A stretch of DNA of 64,000 nucleotides from Schmidtea polychroa (taxonomy: Eukaryota): positions 39,432,001 through 39,496,000 of the forward strand of contig CM097886.1 in the NCBI GenBank assembly GCA_044892525.1, written 5' to 3'. A program made the translations under genes and the position numbers. This document shows positions 51,564 to 62,763 of the stretch, piece by piece. How positions within the stretch are numbered: the first letter of the stretch is position 1; each line of letters begins with the position of its first letter. The notes beneath the pieces are model-generated. The model was given only the letters and a program-made list of their open reading frames with translations. It was not told the origin of the DNA and did not search any database.

Positions 51564-54221
51564 CCTTTTAATGCATGGAATTGTATGTTGAGATTTTTTC
51601 AAGTTTTTTGACTTAAATCTTATTCCTCGGAGTATCCTCATGGACAATTGTGCCTCGATGAGTAAATAGAACGCATTTGAGTACACTTATTCGTTGGACT
51701 TTAATGTAAGTCAGCATGCATTAAGGGTAGCAATAACAACAAGTAAAGGGAAACACTTAACAATGCATCCAGAAAAGTCTGTGAGTGTAGTAGAACATAA
51801 ACAACAGTCAATTAATGTGATAGTCATAAAAGCAGTTGCGATCATGAGTCAAGCAGAGGTTAACGTCGCATTTCGAGCATTTCACCATAGTGCGTCCAAC
51901 TTTTTCTTTCCTGAGATCCATACATAGTCGACACTTTTGCTGGTTAGAAAGATAAATTGGCCAATGTCCAATTCCATCGTGTCTGGTGTCTTCAACTGGC
52001 GTGAAGGATCTTTTTCTCTTATTTTGAGACACAGTTTTCACAGTTTTACCCACAGAGAGGAAGCAATCGGCAACCTCTGTTACGAATTTCAACACAGTGT
52101 ATCGCTTCTTCTTGGATGTTTTCAATCGCTTTTCTTGATCTCGGTGAAGAATCCAAGCGTTTACTACCATCACATTTAATGTGTAAAAAAAGAGATGAAG
52201 ATACCACTTGTGAGTTTTTAAAGTCACCCGATACAACGATACCAACATATCATGCAAATCCACTCCACCCATGTGTTTGTTGTACACTTGTACAATTTTG
52301 GGGCAGTCGACTTTCACACGCTCTTTCTTTTCTGCGTTGTATCGGTCACATTGTTCTCCCAAATCCGCATTCAGGTAATTGCTGGCCAGCTGAACGACAC
52401 CAGAATCCATCCACCGCAATACCAGAACGTTGGAATTTTCTTCTACTCGCCAATCAATACTCCCTCTTCCACGTTTTTTAAGAGCAGTCTCTTTCTCCAA
52501 AAACTTGTCACAACCTTTTGTGCGGTTCTTTCGAATAGTGCACACCGTCCATAGGTTCAATTGACGCAGTTGTATTAGAAGAGGTATACTGCTGAAGTAA
52601 TTATCAAAGTATAACTTGTAATTTGTCGCGCTTGTTGGAAGGGTGTTACAAAGTTTTAACACAACATCTATACCAATCCCAAAAGCGCTGTGGTGGGCAT
52701 TTGCCTTCCCTGTGTAAATTTCAAAATCGAATAACAATCCGTTTACACCACAGCGAGCCCAAACCTTAATTCCCCACTTGGAAGGCTTATTAGGAAGGTA
52801 TTGCCTCACCGGATTACGTGACTTTGTTGGTATCATCTGCTCGTCAATAGCCTGATGTTCCGTGTTTCGCAAACTGAGGCATACTTTACGAATGTAATCA
52901 AGGAGGGGTCGTGCTTTATACAGTTTATCATAATGTGGGTTTTCACGGTTAGGTAACAGGGCGTTGTCGTTGAAATGCAAAAATCTTTTGATTTCGTCAA
53001 AGCGGTTATTAGTCATTGAATTGGCAATTCGGGGAACGAATGTACTCGGACTCCAATACATACGGTTTTGAGGCAGTCTGAATACCCCATCAGCAGAAGT
53101 ATCCCTGAAATGCGATAAGAAATACATTGCACGAGTCAATGAATATAAACAATCTGCAGTCCGCTTACCTATAAATCTTTCCACTTCATCATTGGTAATA
53201 TACGCAGATTTGCCAGTCTGCTGAACAGAGTACATGTTTGATTGTGCCACAATCAAACTGATAAGCTCGTTGGTGAAAAATTTTTTGGCAAAGTCGTAAG
53301 GAGAGTACATGTCATTATCTTCTTCATGATCATCATTCTGCATTTCCTCAAACATCGTATTCTGCTCAGCTGGAGCATGCTTCTTCCATCTATATTCCTC
53401 ACGCAGTGTTTCATATAGATCTTCTTCAGGCGCCTCTTCATTTTCATCTTCATCTATATCCACCAACTCGTACTCAGCAAGGTGTTGTGCCTCAATATCT
53501 ATCAGCTCTTCCTCCTCTTCATCGCCACTAATGTCACTTATTTCAGCTGTTGGTAATACCAAATGCGTATCAGCAACTCGTTTCTTCTTTTCGAATCGCA
53601 TTTGAGCTATACTTTTAGCTTTACGTTGTGGAGGTTTCATTTGCCTGCAATAAGTAAAAGTAATTCGTAAAATTTAATTTGAAATATGCAAATAGTATGT
53701 AAACAATAAAATATGAATGGTCCGAAATTATTTTTAGGGTTGGGTTTGGGGGTTAGGGGACTCCCTACCACCCACCCCCTAATGTATGAGTTTATGTAAA
53801 AGATAAAGAAAGTATGAATTACTGGTTTTTAATTACCCCTTAATGCATGCTGACTTATATTAAAGTCCATCAGTAAAACATTGCATTCCAACAAATTCGC
53901 CATTTAATTTTTTTGGAATTACTTTAATTTGTCTTACAGCAGCTTTAGAATTCATAATAACATGACAATAAATCATTCCTACCTATACAAATCCACGTAA
54001 ACAGCGTTTTAAAATTTTCCAAAATTTTACATTAATTAAACAAATGTTAATCATAAAATATTATATAAAAAATGATTATCTGTCCTACATATCGTTACTT
54101 CATGTTGTACTATCCCCATACTTAATATACAACACATTTTCTGCTTTGTTACATCATCATGGATATGTTTTACGAGTCATTTCTTCATGGACTTTTATTT
54201 AAGTCCATATGCATTAAAGGG
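51564..54221 (-). mobile_element. piggyBac DNA transposon, full length (2658 bp)
   Basis: TTAA TSD (51560-51563, 54222-54225). TIR CCTTTTAATGCAT / ATGCATTAAAGGG (12/13). 32-bp internal inverted repeats at 51696-51727 and 53837-53868. Excision restores the host hAT frame (KSFL|IDNKNK). Confidence 0.96.
51808..53640 (-). CDS. piggyBac (PGBD-like) DDD transposase; 610-aa ORF that reads through a 64-nt intron-like segment
   Basis: Acidic N-terminus. AIDEQM, QYLPNKPSKWGIK, YFDNYF, YNKHMGGVDLHD. C-terminal Cys-rich domain CRLC..CSKCDVNLC..NCFYDYH. GT-AG segment at 53168-53105; probable 5'UTR intron at 53836-53645. Confidence 0.9.
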   Translation of the reverse strand: MKPPQRKAKSIAQMRFEKKKRVADTHLVLPTAEISDISGDEEEEELIDIEAQHLAEYELVDIDEDENEEAPEEDLYETLREEYRWKKHAPAEQNTMFEEMQNDDHEEDNDMYSPYDFAKKFFTNELISLIVAQSNMYSVQQTGKSAYITNDEVERFIGKRTADCLYSLTRAMYFLSHFRDTSADGVFRLPQNRMYWSPSTFVPRIANSMTNNRFDEIKRFLHFNDNALLPNRENPHYDKLYKARPLLDYIRKVCLSLRNTEHQAIDEQMIPTKSRNPVRQYLPNKPSKWGIKVWARCGVNGLLFDFEIYTGKANAHHSAFGIGIDVVLKLCNTLPTSATNYKLYFDNYFSSIPLLIQLRQLNLWTVCTIRKNRTKGCDKFLEKETALKKRGRGSIDWRVEENSNVLVLRWMDSGVVQLASNYLNADLGEQCDRYNAEKKERVKVDCPKIVQVYNKHMGGVDLHDMLVSLYRVTLKTHKWYLHLFFYTLNVMVVNAWILHRDQEKRLKTSKKKRYTVLKFVTEVADCFLSVGKTVKTVSQNKRKRSFTPVEDTRHDGIGHWPIYLSNQQKCRLCMDLRKEKVGRTMVKCSKCDVNLCLTHDRNCFYDYHIN

Positions 54222-55973
54222 TTAATAGATAATAAGAATAAGCTAGTGGAAAATTCAATAATATATGCCAAGGAAATTTGTGTTGATTTAGGAATTATCA
54301 TCGAGCATCAGCGTCGGTGCAAAAAAAAAAGAATGTTTGATGAAGGATCCAATGATGCTGAATTGCCGTATGAAACTGAATTGCAAAGAAAAATGTTTTC
54401 TTCTCTAGATAGGGTTATTCAAGAAATAAATACGAGATTTAAACAGATTCATGTTCTTGCTGAAAAATATGGATTTCTTGCCCATCTAATCTTTTAAACG
54501 AAGATTATAATTGTCAGATAAGTGATGATCATTACGATATTAATAAGGAAGAATTCTTTATTGAAAGAAAAAGATTAATAAGTTTCGTCGCTGCCGCAGC
54601 TATGCGAGATGAAACAGACATATTGAAAGAAAACCCCTTTGAGCTTTTACAGTTCATTCAAAAATATAATCTTGGAAATTCCGTACCCAATATTGTCATT
54701 TTATTACGAATTTTCCTGACAATTGCTGTAAGTGTGGATAGCTGTGAGAGAAGTTTTTCAAAATTAAAATTAATTAAGAATTACTTAAGATCTTCTATGC
54801 ACAGTTTACGGTTGAGAAATCTTGCCATATTATCAATAGAACATCAATTATCGGAGGAAGCAGACTTCGATGATGTTATTGATGACTTTGCTGGACGAAA
54901 AGCAAGAAGAGTAATTATGTAGATTGTAGAATATAGTTTATGGGTATTAATATTCTAAGACAATTAAAAAGTATCAGTTGATGATTGTCATATTATATTG
55001 TGTTTATTGTTATATTACATTAGTGTCCTTTTTTATTTTAATACCAATTTATATAAACAACTTTTGTATACAATATTTTTAGTTGTTGGCTAATTTTATA
55101 ATTAATTTATTTTGTGTTATTTACTCTGTAATGATATGTTAATTTTGTCTTGTTTTATACTATTTGATAATATTGCATTCTATTGTATTATTTAAAAATT
55201 AAATATAATGATAATTTGACAATGCGTAATTTATTATATGTTTTAATGTATTATAAAACACTTTGTTTAAATAAGAAAAAAATATTTCATACAAGAATAA
55301 ATAGTATGTATATGTGAAGGGTATGTAGCGTATTTGGAAAGGGAGGCAAAATGGGCCGTTTGTTTTGGAAAGTTTTTATTTTAAAAAATGTACAGGGGGG
55401 CGGCAATTTTAAGGATCGCCCCGGGCACATACCCTAGCTACTTTTTTTGATTCATTTTTTGTTTTAATTTTGTGTTTGTTATTTTTGTGTTGAGTGAATT
55501 TTATTTAGTGGTTTAATTGATGTTTGGAAGTGTTTCAGTTTGACCTGACTTGATGTTATGTCTGCGTGCTATGTTCCCACGTCTTTCAGTCACGTTTCAA
55601 CTACTTGGGCTCAAAATCAGTTCTAACCCAAAAAATACAGTTGTAAACATGTTATTGATTTATTAACTTGTCTAAATTATGTCAAGCCATCACCTGAAGC
55701 CAGACAAATACTTATAGGAGAGAAAGGAAAAAGAGGCTCTGATTACTGATTAAATAGTTTATTAATAACATTATATATTTATTTATGACTTGAGAATTTA
55801 AATACTCATCATTCCAATTTAAATATTGATTATTTAAATAAAAGTATAGATCATTTCTAATAAAATACTAATCAAAATAATTTAACTTACTAAACATTTA
55901 ATTAAAAAAATACTGATCATTTCATTTAAAATACTTATTATTTAATTAATCGTAATTATATCAGTAATTTATG

Positions 55974-57678
55974 CAGTGACGTCGCTAGGCGGGTGCAGGT
56001 GGGGGCGGACCGCACCGGGTGACATTAAATGAAAAATTGCTAATTTTACAAAGAAGACGTTGCTCGGTCCAATCGTATTTAATAAGCCGATAACCGATCA
56101 TAAAATACATGACTAAAAGGCAGAACTGGGTCAGGGTGCCACCATGCAGTCTGTAGAGCATCTGGGGCTCATTTTAATGAGATTCAGAGCTGGTAGGATA
56201 AAAATTTGGAGTTATTTACGAACGCGATAATTAATGATGTAGAATAGATCAATAGATTTAAAGGCGTTTTCGTAGGTCGAGTGATTCATGCGCACGAGGT
56301 ACTATCTCTGGCTTGACGCTGTTATGACGTGGTATGACGTAGATGTACAGACGTTTACATACTCGCTTTTTTATCAAAACAGTAAGCCATTTTTAATGGG
56401 TGCGTGAACCATTCACTGAACTTGTGTGGACAATACTCTTTTGCCAAAAATGCTTCACGTTTTACATTTTCTAGTACTCTTGAAGGAATATTTTCATTCT
56501 TTGCTGCTTCCACTCATCGATGAGACGTTTTGATTGAACACATTTGGATTTCGGTGAAAAGGTTATCAATAACACGTTGGAGTGCACATTATACTGCTGT
56601 TAAGCCAGTGAAAGATAAGTTTTATGAATGTATAGTGGCGATTGATCCTAGTGAAAATTTGGACACAAGGGGTACAACACAAGGTCTTTTACATGCTGTC
56701 AGTGATTTTACGTTTTTCTGCTACCTTTACCCCTGGGCTGATCTACTTGAGGAAGTCAATCTTATCCAGCAGTACCTGCAGACTAAATGCTTAACTATTG
56801 ACAAAGTTGTGATTAAGTTGAGCATGCAATTGAACAGGCACTTTCAAAATCAGGCCAATATGGAATTTTGGTAGAATGAAGATTAAGGTTCAAGAAAAGA
56901 ATGGTGGAGGAACAACTGAAAGACGCTGGACTCTCTTTGCGAAAAGAAAACAGTAGGGAGATGCTGGAATGTATTGATCGTTTTCATTCTGAACTTTAAA
57001 TGAGATCAAAAGCGATCAAGGAAGTAGCAGATATGTTTACGGCTGTTCAACCCAAGTCTACTATCGGCAAGTCAAGAAGAGTTACTGGTATCCGTTCCCA
57101 AATTGACCTCTTTCTATGACGAGTTATCTGAAGATGAGCTTTTAAAAGAAATATTAAGGTTTAGAAGGCACCTGAAAGCAGCTGATATTGATCTCCACAA
57201 AGCCATGGACTGGAAATTGTTTGATGTTTTGCAATTTATAGTAGAATGGTACTTCATTGACTCTCACTCAATACTGTCTCTAAACCTTCAATTATTTCTC
57301 ACAATTTTTGTGTCTGTGCCTTCATGTGAGCGGAGTTTTTCAAAACTAAAGCTGATAGGACAGTCAAGACTTTCTGATCGGGATCTATTATCAATTGAAA
57401 GTGAGACCTTGAAGGACGTAGACTTTGATGAAGTGATTGACAGGTTTGCAGTTCTGAAGACCATGAAATTAAAATTTTAAAGAATGTATTAATATCTATA
57501 ACTTAACGTTGTTACAGTTCTTTAATACTTGTGCACGCTGACCTTCAGTTAACTTGTTTTTTGTTTTTGTTGACTTATTACATGTTGAATAAATAAGAAT
57601 AAATATGTGGTTGAAATCTGGAGGGGTGACACCGTGAGTTTACCGCACTGGGTGACACATACCTTAGCGACGCCACTG
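55974..57678 (+). mobile_element. hAT (Tip100/ZMYM1-like) element, internally deleted (1705 bp)
   Basis: TIR CAGTGACGTCGCTAGG / CCTTAGCGACGCCACTG. Perfect TSD AATTTATG (55966-55973, 57679-57686). Transposase C-terminal remnant (SITRWSAH, SCERSFSKLKLI) 56400-57480. Confidence 0.95.
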
Positions 57679-60003
57679 AATTTATGGCCCATTTCATTAA
57701 CATATTTTACACTGGGTGAGCATTTTAATGTATATCAAAATAAAAAACATCATTACCAAAAGATGTAAAAGTTGGTTAAAATATTTCACGATTTCTATTA
57801 TAAATTTTTTTTACCTAAATAATAGTTTTGTATTAATTTTACAATGGGAAGCTTAAATTAATGATATAGAAAAGAGTTATTTTGGAGATGTTTTCAAATT
57901 CAATAAAAGTTGTTCATGTATTTATGAAAGTGCGAAAAGAATAATAAATGAAACTTGTTAAAATATTTCTTGATTTGAGATAAATAACCCAATTTTAACT
58001 CGCTAATAAAAACTTATAGAAGATGATTAGAAAAAGTCATCCGGAAGTTATAATCATTGTTTCATGATTCGATCTTAAATAAACAGTTGTTTAGGTAAAT
58101 AATTTCAGGTTGCTTCTTGAGGTGAAATTTAACAAATAAATCCTACCCGCAACATGTCTTTCAGACTTTATTGGCAATCTAAACGCATCCTGACTTGGCT
58201 CATCAGCATTGTTATTCAACATATTAATGCAAGTTGTTGCATATATTTTCAAAAAATATATCATCGCTTTATAATAAAAATTATATTAATTGGCAATTGC
58301 TTTTAAAAAATTAAATAAATCCAAAATTAAATTATATCATATCACTCTATGTGATAAATGCTTTCATTACGATTATTTAATCTTAATACTATATCNNNNN
58401 NNNNNNNNNNNNNNNNNNNNNNNNNNNNNNNNNNNNNNNNNNNNNNNNNNNNNNNNNNNNNNNNNNNNNNNNNNNNNNNNNNNNNNNNNNNNNNNNNNNN
58501 NNNNNNNNNNNNNNNNNNNNNNNNNNNNNNNNNNNNNNNNNNNNNNNNNNNNNNNNNNNNNNNNNNNNNNNNNNNNNNNNNNNNNNNNNNNNNNNNNNNN
58601 NNNNNNNNNNNNNNNNNNNNNNNNNNNNNNNNNNNNNNNNNNNNNNNNNNNNNNNNNNNNNNNNNNNNNNNNNNNNNNNNNNNNNNNNNNNNNNNNNNNN
58701 NNNNNNNNNNNNNNNNNNNNNNNNNNNNNNNNNNNNNNNNNNNNNNNNNNNNNNNNNNNNNNNNNNNNNNNNNNNNNNNNNNNNNNNNNNNNNNNNNNNN
58801 NNNNNNNNNNNNNNNNNNNNNNNNNNNNNNNNNNNNNNNNNNNNNNNNNNNNNNNNNNNNNNNNNNNNNNNNNNNTCAACAATTAATTCTTCGAAAAATA
58901 ATAAATTTCGTCAGTTACAAATCCAAATTTAAACAATAAAAAGTACACTTATAAACTGAAGCATTTAGACTATGTGACTTAGTCTGCCATGTTTCTTGGA
59001 TTATTTGTTTGTTTATTGTGACAGAAGATATTCAAGCAGATTGTTTTTCACTGAACCGGACTCGTCGTTGTCCAGATTCGATGTCACCGAAGGAGTACAG
59101 GCACTTGATAAGATGAGGAATAGCTCGCTCTCAATTCATGTGTAATCGAATAGATGTTCTGATAATGTGAAGATTGTTTGCTCAGTCGGTCTAGTCAACG
59201 GAGAGGTGGGACATCTTGTTTGACTGCCAATTCATCACCGTGCTATCTTATCTTAAATTCGAACTTGGCACAAGTGGCAGCATCAACAATCATTAATAAT
59301 TGAGACTCAATTTCATTTCATAATGGCTCTTATTCTCTTCATAAATGACTTGTTTAAATTTATTTAATAATCATTGTTGCCTCTTCATTGTGAGCTGATC
59401 TGTAAATTTGTTTACCTCAGCCTGTATTATTTTCCAACATACTTTACCTAAATAAATATTTCAATATGGAAACTTTTGTTACATATATCATTAAAGTGTA
59501 TTTTATATTAATTTTTGTTGAGAATTCAATCGTGAGACTCTAAATAATATTTTAATAGTATAAAGTGATGATTACTTGGTAGCAGAATTAATTAAATTTT
59601 AAAACAATTAAATGATAATTTAAGCCTTGATGCGAATAATAGATTTAATACAAATGAAAAAATTTTCGACTATAAGATAACTCTTTTCAATTTCATGGAA
59701 TTTAGCTTCTTCTATTTTCAAAATGCTCTTTGATCTTCTCTTTTATCTCCTCTTTCTTACTTCTCATTGGTTAAAAATAATAATAATCATAAACTTTTTT
59801 TTTGAAGAAATCTAAAATATTTATAAAATACAGTTTTTAATAACTATTTATATACGCAATTAAAATATTTAAAAAAATGTTTCTATTTTGATTTTTAAAT
59901 CCTAATGATCTTTTTAAATTATATTTTATCTATTTTTCTATATTATTTTAAATTATTATTTTTTAATTTAATTTTTAAAAGCTATTGTCAAGGTCAAAAG
60001 CAA

Positions 60004-60300
60004 CGAATGAAACTGATGATTTCATTGATCTCTTCATTAGTGTTGATTTTTGGCCGTCTGTTTATGATGAGAATTGCCTCCTTAAATCTGACATTTTTTT
60101 TGGATATTTCTATTGGCTAAGATTTTGATTGAAATATTTCTTTGCATACATTGCACATGATGCAATAGACAATGCTTTTTCTAGAGCACATATCATTCGG
60201 TGTCTGACAGTTTTCTATTGAGCAATTGTTTTCTATTTTTGTGTTGTTTTCAGAGGTTTTCGAACACACGGATTCGAACGCATGCAATAAGATTCACGTG
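60004..60300 (-). pseudogene. Penelope-like GIY-YIG endonuclease remnant, internally deleted
   Basis: CSIENCQTPNDMCSRKSIVYCIMCNVCKEI...VRFKEAILIINRRPKIN resembles the PLE pattern C...KNVVY.I.C..C and RKI.EA..I....P.LN. Confidence 0.7.
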
Positions 60301-60311
60301 AAGGACTTGGG

Positions 60312-60605
60312 ACAAACCTAGTAATACATGACAACGATTTTTAATTAACTTTGAAAAATGCAAATTAACTATGAACAAATTGCAAATAACTGTGTAAATT
60401 CCAGTAATGTTATATAATAATTACTATTTCTGATGTCCATCTAAGAATATCTTTAAATTAAGAATATATAGAAAACTGATAATAAAACTGACTGTATTAT
60501 TATATAACATTACTGGAATTTACACAGTTATTTGCAATTTGTTCATAGTTAATTTGCATTTTTCAAAGTTAATTAAAAATCGTTGTCATGTATTACTAGG
60601 TTTGT
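60312..60605. repeat. Perfect 110-bp inverted repeat with a 74-bp spacer
   Basis: 60312-60421 is the exact reverse complement of 60496-60605. No TSD. Confidence 0.97.
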
Positions 60606-61065
60606 TATTTACAGCAGTTTTAATCAGATTTATTTCTAATTGAATTCTAGGACCATCACTGATTTCTTCGTTTGATATCGATGTTTCACAATTATAAAAT
60701 GTTTTTCTTAAAAGAAGAAATCGTTATGAAATTAGTAAATCCCATCAAACTGTACCAAACTCAATTCCAATTGCTATCAGACATTAAAGTTTTCTAAAAG
60801 ATGAATTCAAATCTAAAATGCAATCAAAATGTATTCTTCAACAATCGGTATGCCAGATATTATGATGCCTTTGCAGAAATAAGCTTTAAGGAACATGAAA
60901 ACTGGTATTTTACAATTACTATTCAAGGATATAAAGTCGATATTAATGATGTATTTTCTCCGATTTGGAAAATACAACGGCTAGAATTTCACAATTATTT
61001 AAAAAAAATGTTTAGTGAATGTTAATAAATGTAATTAATTAGATGTGTTTGCTTTTTTGTTTTGA

Positions 61066-61067
<2 letters not shown>

Positions 61068-61135
<68 letters not shown>
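61068..61135. repeat. (AAT)n microsatellite
   Basis: Directly visible. Confidence 0.95.
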
Positions 61136-61139
<4 letters not shown>

Positions 61140-62290
61140 TAAAAATAAAAATTATAATAATAATATGACAATTTAATATGAATGCAATAAGAATGCAATA
61201 AGAATGCAAACATTAACAAAAGCATGCTATAAACAAAGTTAAAATTTAATTTTAAAATGTTAAGAAAGGTCTCTGAAAGAGGTAAAATGTGAATATTTAA
61301 TCATCTATTATTTTTCTTTTAAAATATTTAATGAACTTTTTGATTGAGAAATTAAAGGAAATAACTAGTGTAAGAATTCGAGATATAATGATCGTTTCAG
61401 AAGTCTTGAATCAAGAATGGGGTTCTTCTGATGAAGATTCAGGAATTAATGAGGAAATTTTGTCGGATGTTGATGAAACTGTAAATGAACCTATATATGA
61501 AGACATTGAACAACACAAATTCAATGATTTTCAGTATTGTACTGATCGTGTTGTATAAAATATAATGAAAGCAACATGTGAAGATGAAAACTGTACATAT
61601 ATTAATCAATAAATCTTAAACTTAATTTTATTATATTTATTTGAAGTAAAACAACAACAAAGCCATATATACATTTTTAAGAGATTATGATAAACTTATT
61701 TACAGGCATATACGACAAATAATTCAGTAGCGAGTGTTAATAAGTTTGTTATTTTGCACGATTTTCATGAAACCTTTTCGCATTTGTAGCGAGATTGATC
61801 ACCCACAGAGCAANNNNNNNNNNNNNNNNNNNNNNNNNNNNNNNNNNNNNNNNNNNNNNNNNNNNNNNNNNNNNNNNNNNNNNNNNNNNNNNNNNNNNNN
61901 NNNNNNNNNNNNNNNNNNNNNNNNNNNNNNNNNNNNNNNNNNNNNNNNNNNNNNNNNNNNNNNNNNNNNNNNNNNNNNTAGTTTTCATAGTCCGAGCCAG
62001 ATTTCTTCATAATTTGCTTCATAAACATACGATTATCCGAATCCATTTAATTGTGTTATCAAACAATTCATCAAATATTCCTTTGAAAGAATTTTTCTTT
62101 TGGTCGACTGTCTCCAAATTTAGAATGTTAGAATATTCCATAGGAGTGTCTTCGACTATTCTCTCTATCCAATTGATGAGTAGGTTATTGATGCAGTCAT
62201 TATTTTCATTATTAGTAACCAATTCATTCAACATATTTATGTAAAATTCAGTTTGTGACATATTTATAATAAAGTTTTGAAAGGTTAGAC

Positions 62291-62763
62291 CAGGGGTGGG
62301 GAACCTGCAGCCTTTAGGCTGCATGTGGCCTCCCGGGGCTTCATGTGCGGCCTCCGGAGCCTTATCGAAATAAATCTTAATTTATATAAAAAACCTTGAA
62401 TTTTGAGGATTTACAAATAAAAATAATTGTAACTACTGAACTGTATATATATCATATTGTACAAGCATCCCGCCGAGTCACAGAACGAAATATAAAAGTC
62501 AATCATTCACACCCATAAATACAAGACGTATGTAGAAGAATAAATAAGATTATTGAACGCCCATTTGTGAAATTATGACTTATTTGCATCATTTTTTCGA
62601 TTCAGAAATAATAAAAAATTTCCAGAATATTTCGTACAGCTGCATGTAAAGAAAAGATTTTAAATGAAATTAATTAATGTTAAAATACTTTTTGACTGCG
62701 GCCTCATTTGGAGGCGACAAATTTCAATGTGGCCTATGGAAATAAAAAGGTTCCCTACCCTTG
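62291..62763. mobile_element. Buster/Charlie-type hAT MITE (473 bp)
   Basis: TIR CAGGGGTGGGGAACCT / AGGTTCCCTACCCTTG. Perfect TSD GGTTAGAC (62283-62290, 62764-62771). Confidence 0.94.

Larger units (their letters stand above)
50969..55441 (+). mobile_element. hAT (Tip100/ZMYM1-like) element, internally deleted, right TIR truncated, interrupted by piggyBac
   Basis: Left TIR CAGTGGCGTAGCTA with GC-rich subterminal repeats. The right end stops at CCCTAGCTAC. Transposase C-terminal half (TRWSAR 51285, SCERSFSKLKLIKNYLRS 54740) spans 51100-54922. Confidence 0.88.

Noticed and set aside
58290-58939. Long ORFs spanning N gaps (also near 36.4, 38.4, 46.2 and 61.8 kb)
   Set aside because: Artefacts of translating N runs.
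60013-60019. CTGATGA near the Penelope GIY-YIG remnant (also 19218 and 61428)
   Set aside because: No correctly spaced GAAA or stems, and 60013 is antisense to the PLE ORF.
61331-61558. Acidic 75-aa ORF resembling a piggyBac N-terminus
   Set aside because: Low complexity, with no catalytic motifs or TIRs nearby.
62361-62380. CTTATCGAAAT-AAATCTTA resembles my recollection of a planarian spliced-leader sequence with a 6-nt gap
   Set aside because: It lies inside a hAT MITE, has no GT donor or Sm site, is short and AT-rich, and the comparison rests on memory.
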